Source: Nostoc sp. PCC 7120 = FACHB-418
GTDB taxonomy: Bacteria > Cyanobacteriota > Cyanobacteriia > Cyanobacteriales > Nostocaceae
Reading direction: 5' to 3'
Assembly (NCBI RefSeq): GCF_000009705.1
Contig: NC_003272.1
Coordinates: 180,001 to 212,000 of the forward strand
DNA length: 32,000 nucleotides
How positions within the stretch are numbered: the first letter of the stretch is position 1; each line of letters opens with the position of its first letter. This document shows positions 1 to 6,583 of this stretch, piece after piece. The notes under the pieces are model-generated. The model made no database searches, was not told the DNA's origin, and saw only the letters and a list, made by a program, of their open reading frames with translations. The position numbers and the translations under genes are program-made.

Positions 1-24
1 AAATTAAAATTCTCCTCTACCTAC

Positions 25-1122
25 TTACAAATGCAGAAAACTAGTATCAATATCTTGTAACTGAGAACAGCCTATCAGCGCCATTGCCACATTTAACTCC
101 TTTTGTAGTAGAGAGATAACATGAGATACGCCTGCTTGTCCTCCTACTGCGAGTCCCCATAAAACTGGTCTACCTATGAGAACAGCTTGAGCGCCTATTG
201 CTAAGGCTTTGATAATATCTGTACCCCGACGGATTCCGCCATCTAGTAAGACTTCTGCTTTACCGTTGACGGCTGCGACTATTTCAGGGAGGGCATCTAG
301 TGAGGCGATCGCTCCATCAAGTTGCCTGCCCCCATGATTCGACACTACAATTGCTTTAGCTCCATATTCCACCGCCCGCGCCGCATCATCACCGCGCAAA
401 ATTCCTTTGAGTACCAACGGTAGGGGAGATAAAGACTGCAACCATTCCAAGTCATCCCATGTTAAAGCCGGGTTGAGTTGTTGAGCAAAATAGGTAAACA
501 ACCCAGATTCTCCTGGTGCATGAGGAATATTTAACCCGGAAATTGTTGTGAGATTAGCCAAATGCAACCCTGGAGGTAACACAAACTCATTACGTCTATC
601 TCGTTCCCGTTGTCCGAGTACGGGAGCATCCACAGTCAAGCATAACGCTTTGTAACCTGCTGCATAAGCCCTTTCGACCAAAGCGCGAGTCAAACCCCGG
701 TCTTTGTGGATGTAAAGTTGGAACCATTGTAGAGAAGGAGAAAATTTACTACCAACCTCTGCCACTTCTTCTAAACTTTTGGTGGACAACGTACTCAAAA
801 CCATACCCGTCCCAGCCGATGCAGCCGCCATTGCTGTGGCTAGTTCGCCTTCCGTATGAGCCAAACATTGAAACGCCATTGGTGCAATTAATAGAGGTAA
901 TTGCAGAGGTTGTCCCAAAACAGAAGTAGTGAGGTTGATTTGGCTAACATCCACTAGCATTCGTGGACGCAATTTAATACGTTCAAAGACTGCGCGATTC
1001 TCTTGTAATGTGATTTCATCTCCAGCCCCACTAATGTAGTAGTCAAAAGCCATTTGAGATAGATGAGTTTTGGCTAACTGTTCATATTCAAATAGGTTGA
1101 TGGGACTGGATATAGCTGTCAT
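25..1122 (-). CDS. lox: FMN-dependent alpha-hydroxy-acid oxidase (L-lactate oxidase / glycolate-oxidase-like)
   Basis: 365-aa ORF with ATG at 1122. Family hallmarks are present: SNHGGRQLD, DGGIRRGTD, TVDAPVLGQRERD. Gene name is from memory of PCC 7120 all0170. Confidence 0.9.
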   Translation of the reverse strand: MTAISSPINLFEYEQLAKTHLSQMAFDYYISGAGDEITLQENRAVFERIKLRPRMLVDVSQINLTTSVLGQPLQLPLLIAPMAFQCLAHTEGELATAMAAASAGTGMVLSTLSTKSLEEVAEVGSKFSPSLQWFQLYIHKDRGLTRALVERAYAAGYKALCLTVDAPVLGQRERDRRNEFVLPPGLHLANLTTISGLNIPHAPGESGLFTYFAQQLNPALTWDDLEWLQSLSPLPLVLKGILRGDDAARAVEYGAKAIVVSNHGGRQLDGAIASLDALPEIVAAVNGKAEVLLDGGIRRGTDIIKALAIGAQAVLIGRPVLWGLAVGGQAGVSHVISLLQKELNVAMALIGCSQLQDIDTSFLHL

Positions 1123-1249
1123 GGTGGTAGTTGTGAGTTAACCACAGTTATGATAGATCGCTTTGGAGAGACGCGATTATTCATCGAGGATTTTTTAAAA
1201 GAGCGATCGCCCCCTCTGTTTGGTACTGGTCGCCACTACGAAACAAAAT

Positions 1250-1283
1250 AAAAGCTCCTCTTGGCTATTTTAAAGGAGCTTTT
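1250..1283 (-). terminator. Rho-independent terminator-like hairpin downstream of yoeB; looks bidirectional
   Basis: AAAAGCTCCT (1250-1259) pairs perfectly with AGGAGCTTTT (1274-1283) across a 14-nt loop. An A-run precedes it and a T-run follows, so it reads as hairpin plus U-tract on either strand. It lies 67 nt beyond the yoeB stop. Confidence 0.6.
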
Positions 1284-1349
1284 ATTGTTTTATCAATATA
1301 GTTTTTTAGAGTTTTTAGATACAGAAGAATTATTTATATTTTTGAAAAA

Positions 1350-1667
1350 TTAATAATGATAGCGGGCTTGTAAAAAATTTATTTCATCGTCTTTAACAAG
1401 GTATACAATTCTATGTTCTTGCGTTAATCGACGAGACCAAGTATCAGGATCTAAATATTTTAAAGGTTCAGGCTTGCCTTTTCCCTTAAAAGGATCTCGG
1501 CAAGTCTCTTTGACAAGATCCAAAGCCTTTAAGGCAACTCGTTGATTAGTTTCTACCCAAAATTCTAAGTCTTCTAAAAATTCAGGTTGAAACACTGTTT
1601 TTCTTTGCTTTGGAGTTACTGGAACTTCTTCGTTTGATTGGTTTTTGTGACTCTTCTTTTTGGTCAA
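1350..1667 (-). CDS. yoeB: YoeB/Txe family type II toxin (mRNA interferase)
   Basis: The C-terminal ~81 aa align end to end with E. coli YoeB as I recall it (FKGKGKPEPLK, WSRRLTQEHRIVY, terminal RYHY). The track start is TTG at 1667. A GTG at 1595 (then FQPEFLEDLEFW) gives the canonical toxin length and is the more likely start. Confidence 0.85.
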   Translation of the reverse strand: MTKKKSHKNQSNEEVPVTPKQRKTVFQPEFLEDLEFWVETNQRVALKALDLVKETCRDPFKGKGKPEPLKYLDPDTWSRRLTQEHRIVYLVKDDEINFLQARYHY

Positions 1668-1941
1668 ATCCTAACTCCTTACGAATATCATCCAAACTTT
1701 GAGATTCCACAACACCTGATTTAGCTCTATCTAAAGCCCTTAGCAAACGTTCAGCGTTACGTGGGGAACGTAAAAGATGAGCAGTTTCTAAAAGACTCGA
1801 AAGCTCGTCAACAGGTATTAAAGCGACATTTTCAGCATTCCGACGTGTAATAACTACAAAATCACGTTCTGAAGTAACCTTGTCGCATAATTCAGACAAA
1901 CGATCTCGTGCTTGTGTGTAAGTGTAAGTGTTAGAAAGCAT
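1582..1941 (-). CDS. yefM: Phd/YefM family type II antitoxin
   Basis: N-terminal YTQARDRLSELCDKV...VVITRRN...ALIPVDELSSLLETAHLLRSPRNAERL is typical Phd/YefM. I moved the start to ATG 1941, which has GGGAG about 12 nt upstream. The track ATG at 1989 adds 16 unconserved residues. The 3' end overlaps the yoeB ORF. Confidence 0.85.
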   Translation of the reverse strand: MLSNTYTYTQARDRLSELCDKVTSERDFVVITRRNAENVALIPVDELSSLLETAHLLRSPRNAERLLRALDRAKSGVVESQSLDDIRKELGFDQKEESQKPIKRRSSSNSKAKKNSVST

Positions 1942-1962
1942 AAGTATTAAAAGCTCCCTTTG

Positions 1963-2020
1963 TGTACTTTCAAATTTAATCCAGTACATTTTTGCTCAAT
2001 CTGTACGTACTTTCTGTACA
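1963..2020 (-). promoter_or_regulatory. Putative yefM-yoeB operator/promoter with a cluster of GTAC-core palindromes
   Basis: TGTACT (1963-1968), AGTACA (1983-1988), TGTACGTAC (2002-2010) and TGTACA (2015-2020) lie 20-80 nt upstream of the yefM start. The E. coli yefM-yoeB operator is built from paired palindromes with TGTACA cores, which is established knowledge. Confidence 0.5.
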
Positions 2021-2096
2021 GGTCACTATTTTAATAGTAACATAACAAAAATCTTCTGTTCACAGAAAAATCCAGCAAAGGGAACAGGTATAAATC

Positions 2097-2164
2097 AATT
2101 CAAAATACCCTTTGCTACGCAACGCTACCGCGAACGGGAAGCTAAAGCTACAAAATTCAAAATA
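2097..2164. repeat. 46-bp GC-rich insert flanked by perfect 11-bp direct repeats AATTCAAAATA
   Basis: AATTCAAAATA occurs at 2097-2107 and again at 2154-2164. Between them is CCCTTTGCTACGCAACGCTACCGCGAACGGGAAGCTAAAGCTACAA, which is much more GC-rich than the flanking AT-rich DNA. This looks like a target-site-duplication footprint of a very small mobile repeat. Confidence 0.5.
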
Positions 2165-2240
2165 AATCATACCTAATAACTCCTTCAGGGTTCGCCAGGC
2201 GCGATAATACCGCGCTGGCTAACCAATCCCCAAATCCTTC

Positions 2241-3116
2241 TTACCAATTGCGCCATCCACCTTTTGGTGCTACTTCACTGGTGTATTTCTGACCATGATT
2301 TTGCAATAAAGACTGGTATTCTTGGCTACTTGCCCAACTGTCAATTTCTCTGGCTCTAAGGACTGGTACAGGGTGGGTTAATTGAGCAGTACGGGCAGCT
2401 TTAACCATTTCCCCCATTTCGTTTTTACTAATATCGTCGTAAGCACGAGCCTGGTCAATAAAAGCATCCAGATTAAGCTGCGGTGCTAGGGTGGGGGAAC
2501 CTCCAGCGAGCTTCATTAAAACTGACATCACTACTTTTGGGTCTTGGGTAGCTAGTAATGCGGCGCGATCGCAGGTAAACTCAGCACAGCGTACCCATTC
2601 TAAAAGTTGTGCCTGGATAGCTTGAGCCATAAAAGCCCCAATATTGGGGACTGCTGAGGCGGCTAATACTAATAAATTTACAGGTGTCAGATAAACACTG
2701 TGGTCACACTTGAGATGTCCTAATTCATGGGCAATAACCGCCTGAATTTCCTCTGGGGTCAGAATATCAATTAAGGAAGTGTGCAGCACCACAAAAGGTT
2801 GCTTACCCCGCATAGCAAAGGTGTAGGCGTTAGGAGCCGGATGCTGTCTGACATACAACTGGGGAGGCTCAATATCCAAAATTTTGCAGGCTTCTAACAA
2901 CAGCTTGTGTAAATCAGGCAGTTGTTTTTCCCCTACTAAAACACTCGAAGCAATATTTTCCACATAAAAAACTTGTTCCGCCATTGGCCCTAGTAAATTT
3001 CGTACCAACATATCTAAGCCTGGTATTTGCTTGAGAGATGTAGTAGCTTCCAGGTCTAGTGGATGACGAAACGAGTCAGCTTTTAAACCGATGAGCGGAG
3101 ATTTAAACAAGGACAT
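2241..3116 (-). CDS. M48 family zinc metalloprotease (HtpX-like fold)
   Basis: 291-aa ORF with ATG at 3116. HEXXH zinc motif is present in IAHELGHLKCDH, within an M48-type context. Confidence 0.85.
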   Translation of the reverse strand: MSLFKSPLIGLKADSFRHPLDLEATTSLKQIPGLDMLVRNLLGPMAEQVFYVENIASSVLVGEKQLPDLHKLLLEACKILDIEPPQLYVRQHPAPNAYTFAMRGKQPFVVLHTSLIDILTPEEIQAVIAHELGHLKCDHSVYLTPVNLLVLAASAVPNIGAFMAQAIQAQLLEWVRCAEFTCDRAALLATQDPKVVMSVLMKLAGGSPTLAPQLNLDAFIDQARAYDDISKNEMGEMVKAARTAQLTHPVPVLRAREIDSWASSQEYQSLLQNHGQKYTSEVAPKGGWRNW

Positions 3117-3176
3117 GATATAGCCAGTTGGTAAAACAAAGTATCAACAGCCTCCCACAGTTAGTATAGCGATTAG

Positions 3177-3295
3177 AGATTGGGGATTGGGGAGTGAAAA
3201 AGCAGGGGAGCAGAGGAGCAGAGGAGAAAAACTACCCGCTAAACCCCTAAACCCCTACACCCCTACACCCCTACACCCTTAAACCCCTTACACCA
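3177..3295. repeat. Intergenic repeat cluster: GATTGGGG x2, GCAG(A/G)GGA units, then ~7 tandem octamers of the CCCCTACA type
   Basis: gattggggattgggga at 3177-3193; gcaggggagcagaggagcagaggag at 3202-3226; aaacccctaaacccctacacccctacacccctacaccctta... at 3241-3295 with period 8. Related tracts recur at 6451-6582, 8385-8573, 17848-17893, 23659-23770 and 30303-30344. Confidence 0.85.
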
Positions 3296-3299
3296 CTAC

Positions 3300-4643
3300 C
3301 TAAGTAGAAATCGATGCTGGCGACACATTGTTATTAACGGCTACTTCGGCATTTGCTGGCTCCTCCCGTACTCGGAGGATTTTAGCTCCCAATTGTTGCA
3401 ACTTTACATCAATTTGATCGTAGCCCCGATCAAGATGATGTAAGCCCTGAATGGTTGTTTTACCCTCGGCTGCTAATCCGGCTATGACTAACGCGGCTGA
3501 TGCGCGTAAGTCGGTACCGATGACTGGCGCACCGGATAAAAGTGGCACTCCTCGTACAAAAGCAGTGTTGCCTTTCACCCGAATATCTGCCCCTAAGCGA
3601 TTTAGCTCTGAGGCATGGCGCAAGCGATTTTCAAATACTGATTCGTTAATAATGCTGTCGCCTTCTGCCAAAGTTAACAAGGCCATAAATGGTGCCTGCA
3701 TATCCGTGGGAAACCCAGGATGGGGCAAGGTATCAATATCTGTAGCCTTGAGGATTTCGGCAGGAAGAATGCGTAAGCAATCTGGACTTTCCTCTATGAT
3801 GGTTACGCCAATATCCCGCAACTTGGCAATTAACGGGATTAAATGCTCTGGTACTACTGAGGAAAGGGTAATTTCGGAACGGGTGATAGCTCCAGCAACG
3901 AGGAAGGTTCCAGCCTCGATGCGATCAGGAATAATACTGTAGTCAACAGAGTGTAATTTAGGAACACCAACGATAGTAATTGTACTAGTGCCAGCACCCT
4001 GAATATTTGCTCCCATTGCCTTACAGAAATTAGCCAAATCGACTACTTCCGGTTCTCGCGCAGCGTTTTCTAAGATGGTTTCGCCATCGGCGAGGGTAGC
4101 AGCCATCATTAAAGTTTCTGTCGCTCCCACGCTGGGAGTGTCGAGGTAAATTTTGGCTCCTTTCAACCTACCACCGCTACCAGGAACATAGGCGTTACAA
4201 ATGCCATGTTCAATCTGCACTTCTGCACCCATTGCTTGCAGTCCTCGGACGTGCAAATCAACGGGTCTGGCTCCAATGGCACAACCACCGGGTAATGGCA
4301 TTTGTGCTACGCCTAGCCTTGCCAAGATGGCTCCAATGGCAAAGAAGCTCGCTCGTAACTGGGTAACTAGCTCATAGGGAGCTTTTGATGTCTTAATTTC
4401 GCTGGCATTGATGTCTATGATGTCTGCTTGTCGTGTCAAGCGTACACCTAATGCCGATATTACTTCACCCATTCGCTCCACGTCCGCCAATAAGGGAACG
4501 TTACGAATTCGGCAATCTCCAGAACAAAGCAAGGCTCCAGCCATGATTACCAATGCTGAATTTTTTGCCCCGCTAATTTTGACATGACCCTGTAAGGGAT
4601 GCCCACCCCAAATTTGCAAGACTGAGGAGTCTGCTTCTGTCAC
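3300..4643 (-). CDS. murA: UDP-N-acetylglucosamine 1-carboxyvinyltransferase
   Basis: 447-aa ORF with full-length MurA/EPSP-synthase fold similarity ([24 protein letters not shown] with the active-site Cys, HLDRGY near the C-terminus). The start is GTG at 4643. Confidence 0.92.
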   Translation of the reverse strand: MTEADSSVLQIWGGHPLQGHVKISGAKNSALVIMAGALLCSGDCRIRNVPLLADVERMGEVISALGVRLTRQADIIDINASEIKTSKAPYELVTQLRASFFAIGAILARLGVAQMPLPGGCAIGARPVDLHVRGLQAMGAEVQIEHGICNAYVPGSGGRLKGAKIYLDTPSVGATETLMMAATLADGETILENAAREPEVVDLANFCKAMGANIQGAGTSTITIVGVPKLHSVDYSIIPDRIEAGTFLVAGAITRSEITLSSVVPEHLIPLIAKLRDIGVTIIEESPDCLRILPAEILKATDIDTLPHPGFPTDMQAPFMALLTLAEGDSIINESVFENRLRHASELNRLGADIRVKGNTAFVRGVPLLSGAPVIGTDLRASAALVIAGLAAEGKTTIQGLHHLDRGYDQIDVKLQQLGAKILRVREEPANAEVAVNNNVSPASIST

Positions 4644-5042
4644 CAGTTTGGCATCTGGTAAGCTGCTAGAAGGATTAATAAGCCTACCTCCAAAATAAAC
4701 ACGTAATTTTCTAGGTTAGAAGTTGGTTTTGATTCTACAGTAAAGATTTGATTTGTCTACATTTTTGTAGTTATCGCTTGTACTGATAAATCATTTTTCG
4801 GGTCTATCCTGATGGCTGAAAGTTAGTAATAGTAAGGTTTATAGGTTTTAACTAAATTTATTGATGACTGAATACAGAGTATTGTTTTTATGTAAAAATA
4901 AATACTCAATAAAATCTTGTCATATTTCCTTACTACTGCAAATTGAATCATCAGTAATTCATTCATAATGAATAATTCCCAATTTTTGATGATTAATTCA
5001 TCATGACTCAACAGATTGCCTGCAAAATCTTTCCTGGCAAAG

Positions 5043-5071
5043 TTGACAGGCTTAAATAATTAAGCAATAAT
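5043..5071 (+). promoter_or_regulatory. Putative sigma-70-type promoter for tRNA-Leu
   Basis: TTGACA at 5043-5048, a 17-nt spacer, then AATAAT at 5066-5071. The implied transcription start is about 20 nt upstream of the tRNA 5' end. Pattern match only. Confidence 0.35.
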
Positions 5072-5098
5072 AAGAAATTGTCGATATGCACACCGCAA

Positions 5099-5180
5099 GC
5101 GGAACTGGCGGAATTGGCAGACGCGCTAGATTCAGGTTCTAGTGCCGCAAGGCTTCCGGGTTCAAGTCCCGGGTTCCGCA
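5099..5180 (+). tRNA. tRNA-Leu (anticodon CAG), class II with long variable arm, no encoded CCA, no intron
   Basis: Folded by hand. Acceptor GCGGAAC/GTTCCGC; 3-bp D stem GCG/CGC with GG in the loop. Anticodon stem CTAGA/TCTAG with loop TTCAGGT; 13-nt variable arm TGCCGCAAGGCTT. T stem CCGGG/CCCGG with loop TTCAAGT; discriminator A. Confidence 0.93.
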
Positions 5181-5234
5181 TCAATTCAGTGCTGAGTGCT
5201 GACGTTGTTAAATATTCAGACCTCAGCATTAGCG

Positions 5235-6017
5235 ATGTTAACAAGTTTACAAAATTCATTAGTTAAACAAATCCGCAAGCTGCACTCTACCAAAGAACGG
5301 CATAAACAAGGGCTGTTCTTGTTGGAAGGGACGCACTTGTTAGAAGAAGCTTGTGCAATGGATTATCCCCTAGAGGTGGTGTGTTGTACTCCAGAATGGG
5401 AGGCAAACCATACAGCTTTGTGGGATGATGCTTGTAGTCGATGCGATCGCTATGAGATAGTCAGTGAAGAAGTATTACAGGCGATCGCTACTACTGTACA
5501 ACCAGATGGGGTAGTGGCAACGGCGAAGCGCAGCGAACAGCAAAGCCAAGTACCATTTACCGGCGTAGTCCTAGCTTTGGAAACCATCCAAGACCCTGGT
5601 AATTTAGGGACAATCATTCGCACGGCGGCGGCGGCTGGTGCATCGGGGTTATTGCTGAGTCAAGATAGTGTAGATTTAGATAACCCCAAGGTTCTAAGGG
5701 CTTCGGCTGGACAGTGGTTTCGTCTAGCCACCGCAGTTAGTGAAGATTTAAAAGCAACCGTGCAGCTTTGCCAGCAAGCAGGAATGCAGGTAGTAGCCAC
5801 CTTACCCACCGCTAAGTTAACTTATTGGGAAATAGACTGGCGCAAACCCAGCTTAATTTTATTAGGCAATGAAGGCGCTGGCTTGTCGCCTGATTTAGCG
5901 GCGATGGCAGACCAGGAAGTAAAAATTCCCCTAAGTCCTGGTGTAGAATCTTTGAATGTAGCAATTACATCCGCCTTAATGTTGTACGAAGTACAGCGAC
6001 AGTTAAACTTGCAATAG
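5235..6017 (+). CDS. TrmH/SpoU family RNA 2'-O-methyltransferase (RlmB/TrmH group)
   Basis: SpoU motifs are present: DPGNLGTIIRTA, LLGNEGAGLS, IPLSPGVESLNVAITSALMLYE. The start is set at ATG 5235 (MLTSLQNSLVKQIRKL). The track ORF begins at 5196, only 16 nt after the tRNA. Confidence 0.85.
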   Translation: MLTSLQNSLVKQIRKLHSTKERHKQGLFLLEGTHLLEEACAMDYPLEVVCCTPEWEANHTALWDDACSRCDRYEIVSEEVLQAIATTVQPDGVVATAKRSEQQSQVPFTGVVLALETIQDPGNLGTIIRTAAAAGASGLLLSQDSVDLDNPKVLRASAGQWFRLATAVSEDLKATVQLCQQAGMQVVATLPTAKLTYWEIDWRKPSLILLGNEGAGLSPDLAAMADQEVKIPLSPGVESLNVAITSALMLYEVQRQLNLQ

Positions 6018-6050
6018 GTAATACATTAATGTTGCTGTGTTGGGTGGCGA

Positions 6051-6314
6051 CTATTTGGACTTTGTGATTTCTTCTAAATAATTTTCAATATCAGCAACCG
6101 CATCTTCCAAGGCTGCCAAATCAATATGAGTTTCATCGTCCAAAGCTGCCAATTCACCAATATTATCAGTAGGTGTAGCAGTTATTTCTTCATCCTCAGT
6201 TGAGCTTTCCTGTAAAAGATTCTCCAACTCTTCCAGGGATGCTTGAAACTCTTCTTCAAATGCTTGAAACTCTTCTTCAAGGTGGCGGCGCTTTTCTGGC
6301 TGGCTTTGCTCCAT
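6051..6314 (-). CDS. Small, extremely acidic hypothetical protein (87 aa)
   Basis: ATG at 6314. There are 28 Asp/Glu against 5 Lys/Arg by my count, and the sequence looks helical. It contains an in-frame 21-nt tandem duplication. It lies 270 nt downstream of flv1B on the same strand. No family recognised. Confidence 0.55.
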   Translation of the reverse strand: MEQSQPEKRRHLEEEFQAFEEEFQASLEELENLLQESSTEDEEITATPTDNIGELAALDDETHIDLAALEDAVADIENYLEEITKSK

Positions 6315-6450
6315 AGTTTTGCTAAAAAATTTTCTTGAATTTGTAATCTAATAGCAGCTTCTACAAAATATAATTTTGCCCATTTAAGGCATATTTACAG
6401 CTATTTGCTCTATAAAGTTTACACACTCATTTACTAAACGGGTAGCTTTA

Positions 6451-6582
6451 GTTGAGAGAGGGGTGTGGGGGTATAGGGGTATGGGGGTGTGAGGTTCAAT
6501 AAAAACCTACATCTGTGAGGTAGGAAGATATGGGTATAGAGCTTTAGTATTGAAAACCCTTACACCCCTACACCCTTACACT
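6451..6582. repeat. G-rich / C-rich octamer-repeat arms forming an imperfect inverted repeat just after the flv1B stop
   Basis: The tract gttgagagaggggtgtgggggtataggggtatgggggtgtgagg (6451-6494) faces cccttacacccctacacccttacac (6556-6582). Between them, CCTAC (6506-6510) pairs with GTAGG (6520-6524), next to an A-run. On the minus strand that reads as a weak hairpin plus U-tract, so it may be the flv1B terminator. Confidence 0.6.
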
Positions 6583-6583
6583 G

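Noticed and set aside
1131-1146. CRP/NtcA-like palindrome TGTGGTTAACTCACA (minus strand) just upstream of the lox ATG
   Set aside because: The half-site spacing is one base short of the TGTGA-N6-TCACA consensus, and it does not fit GTA-N8-TAC. It lies only about 10-25 nt from the start codon, inside the likely 5' UTR rather than at a promoter position.
1928-2176. 82-aa plus-strand ORF upstream of yefM
   Set aside because: It covers the TA promoter/operator region and the small-insert footprint. It has no SD and no homology.
3241-3295. Possible CRISPR array or other spaced-repeat array among the tandem repeat tracts
   Set aside because: The units are 7-8 nt and directly abutting, with no spacers. 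There are no 25-40-nt repeats at regular spacing anywhere in the window, and no cas genes.
3451-3942. 163-aa plus-strand ORF antisense to murA
   Set aside because: It lies entirely inside a strongly supported murA CDS. The composition is Ala/Ser/Arg/Pro-rich, as is typical of antisense frames, and no motif is recognisable.
4823-5266. Three 62-83-aa ORFs around the tRNA-Leu locus
   Set aside because: Two of them overlap the tRNA gene on either strand. The third lies in a very AT-rich promoter region, with Ile/Lys/Tyr/Phe-rich composition typical of AT-rich non-coding DNA.
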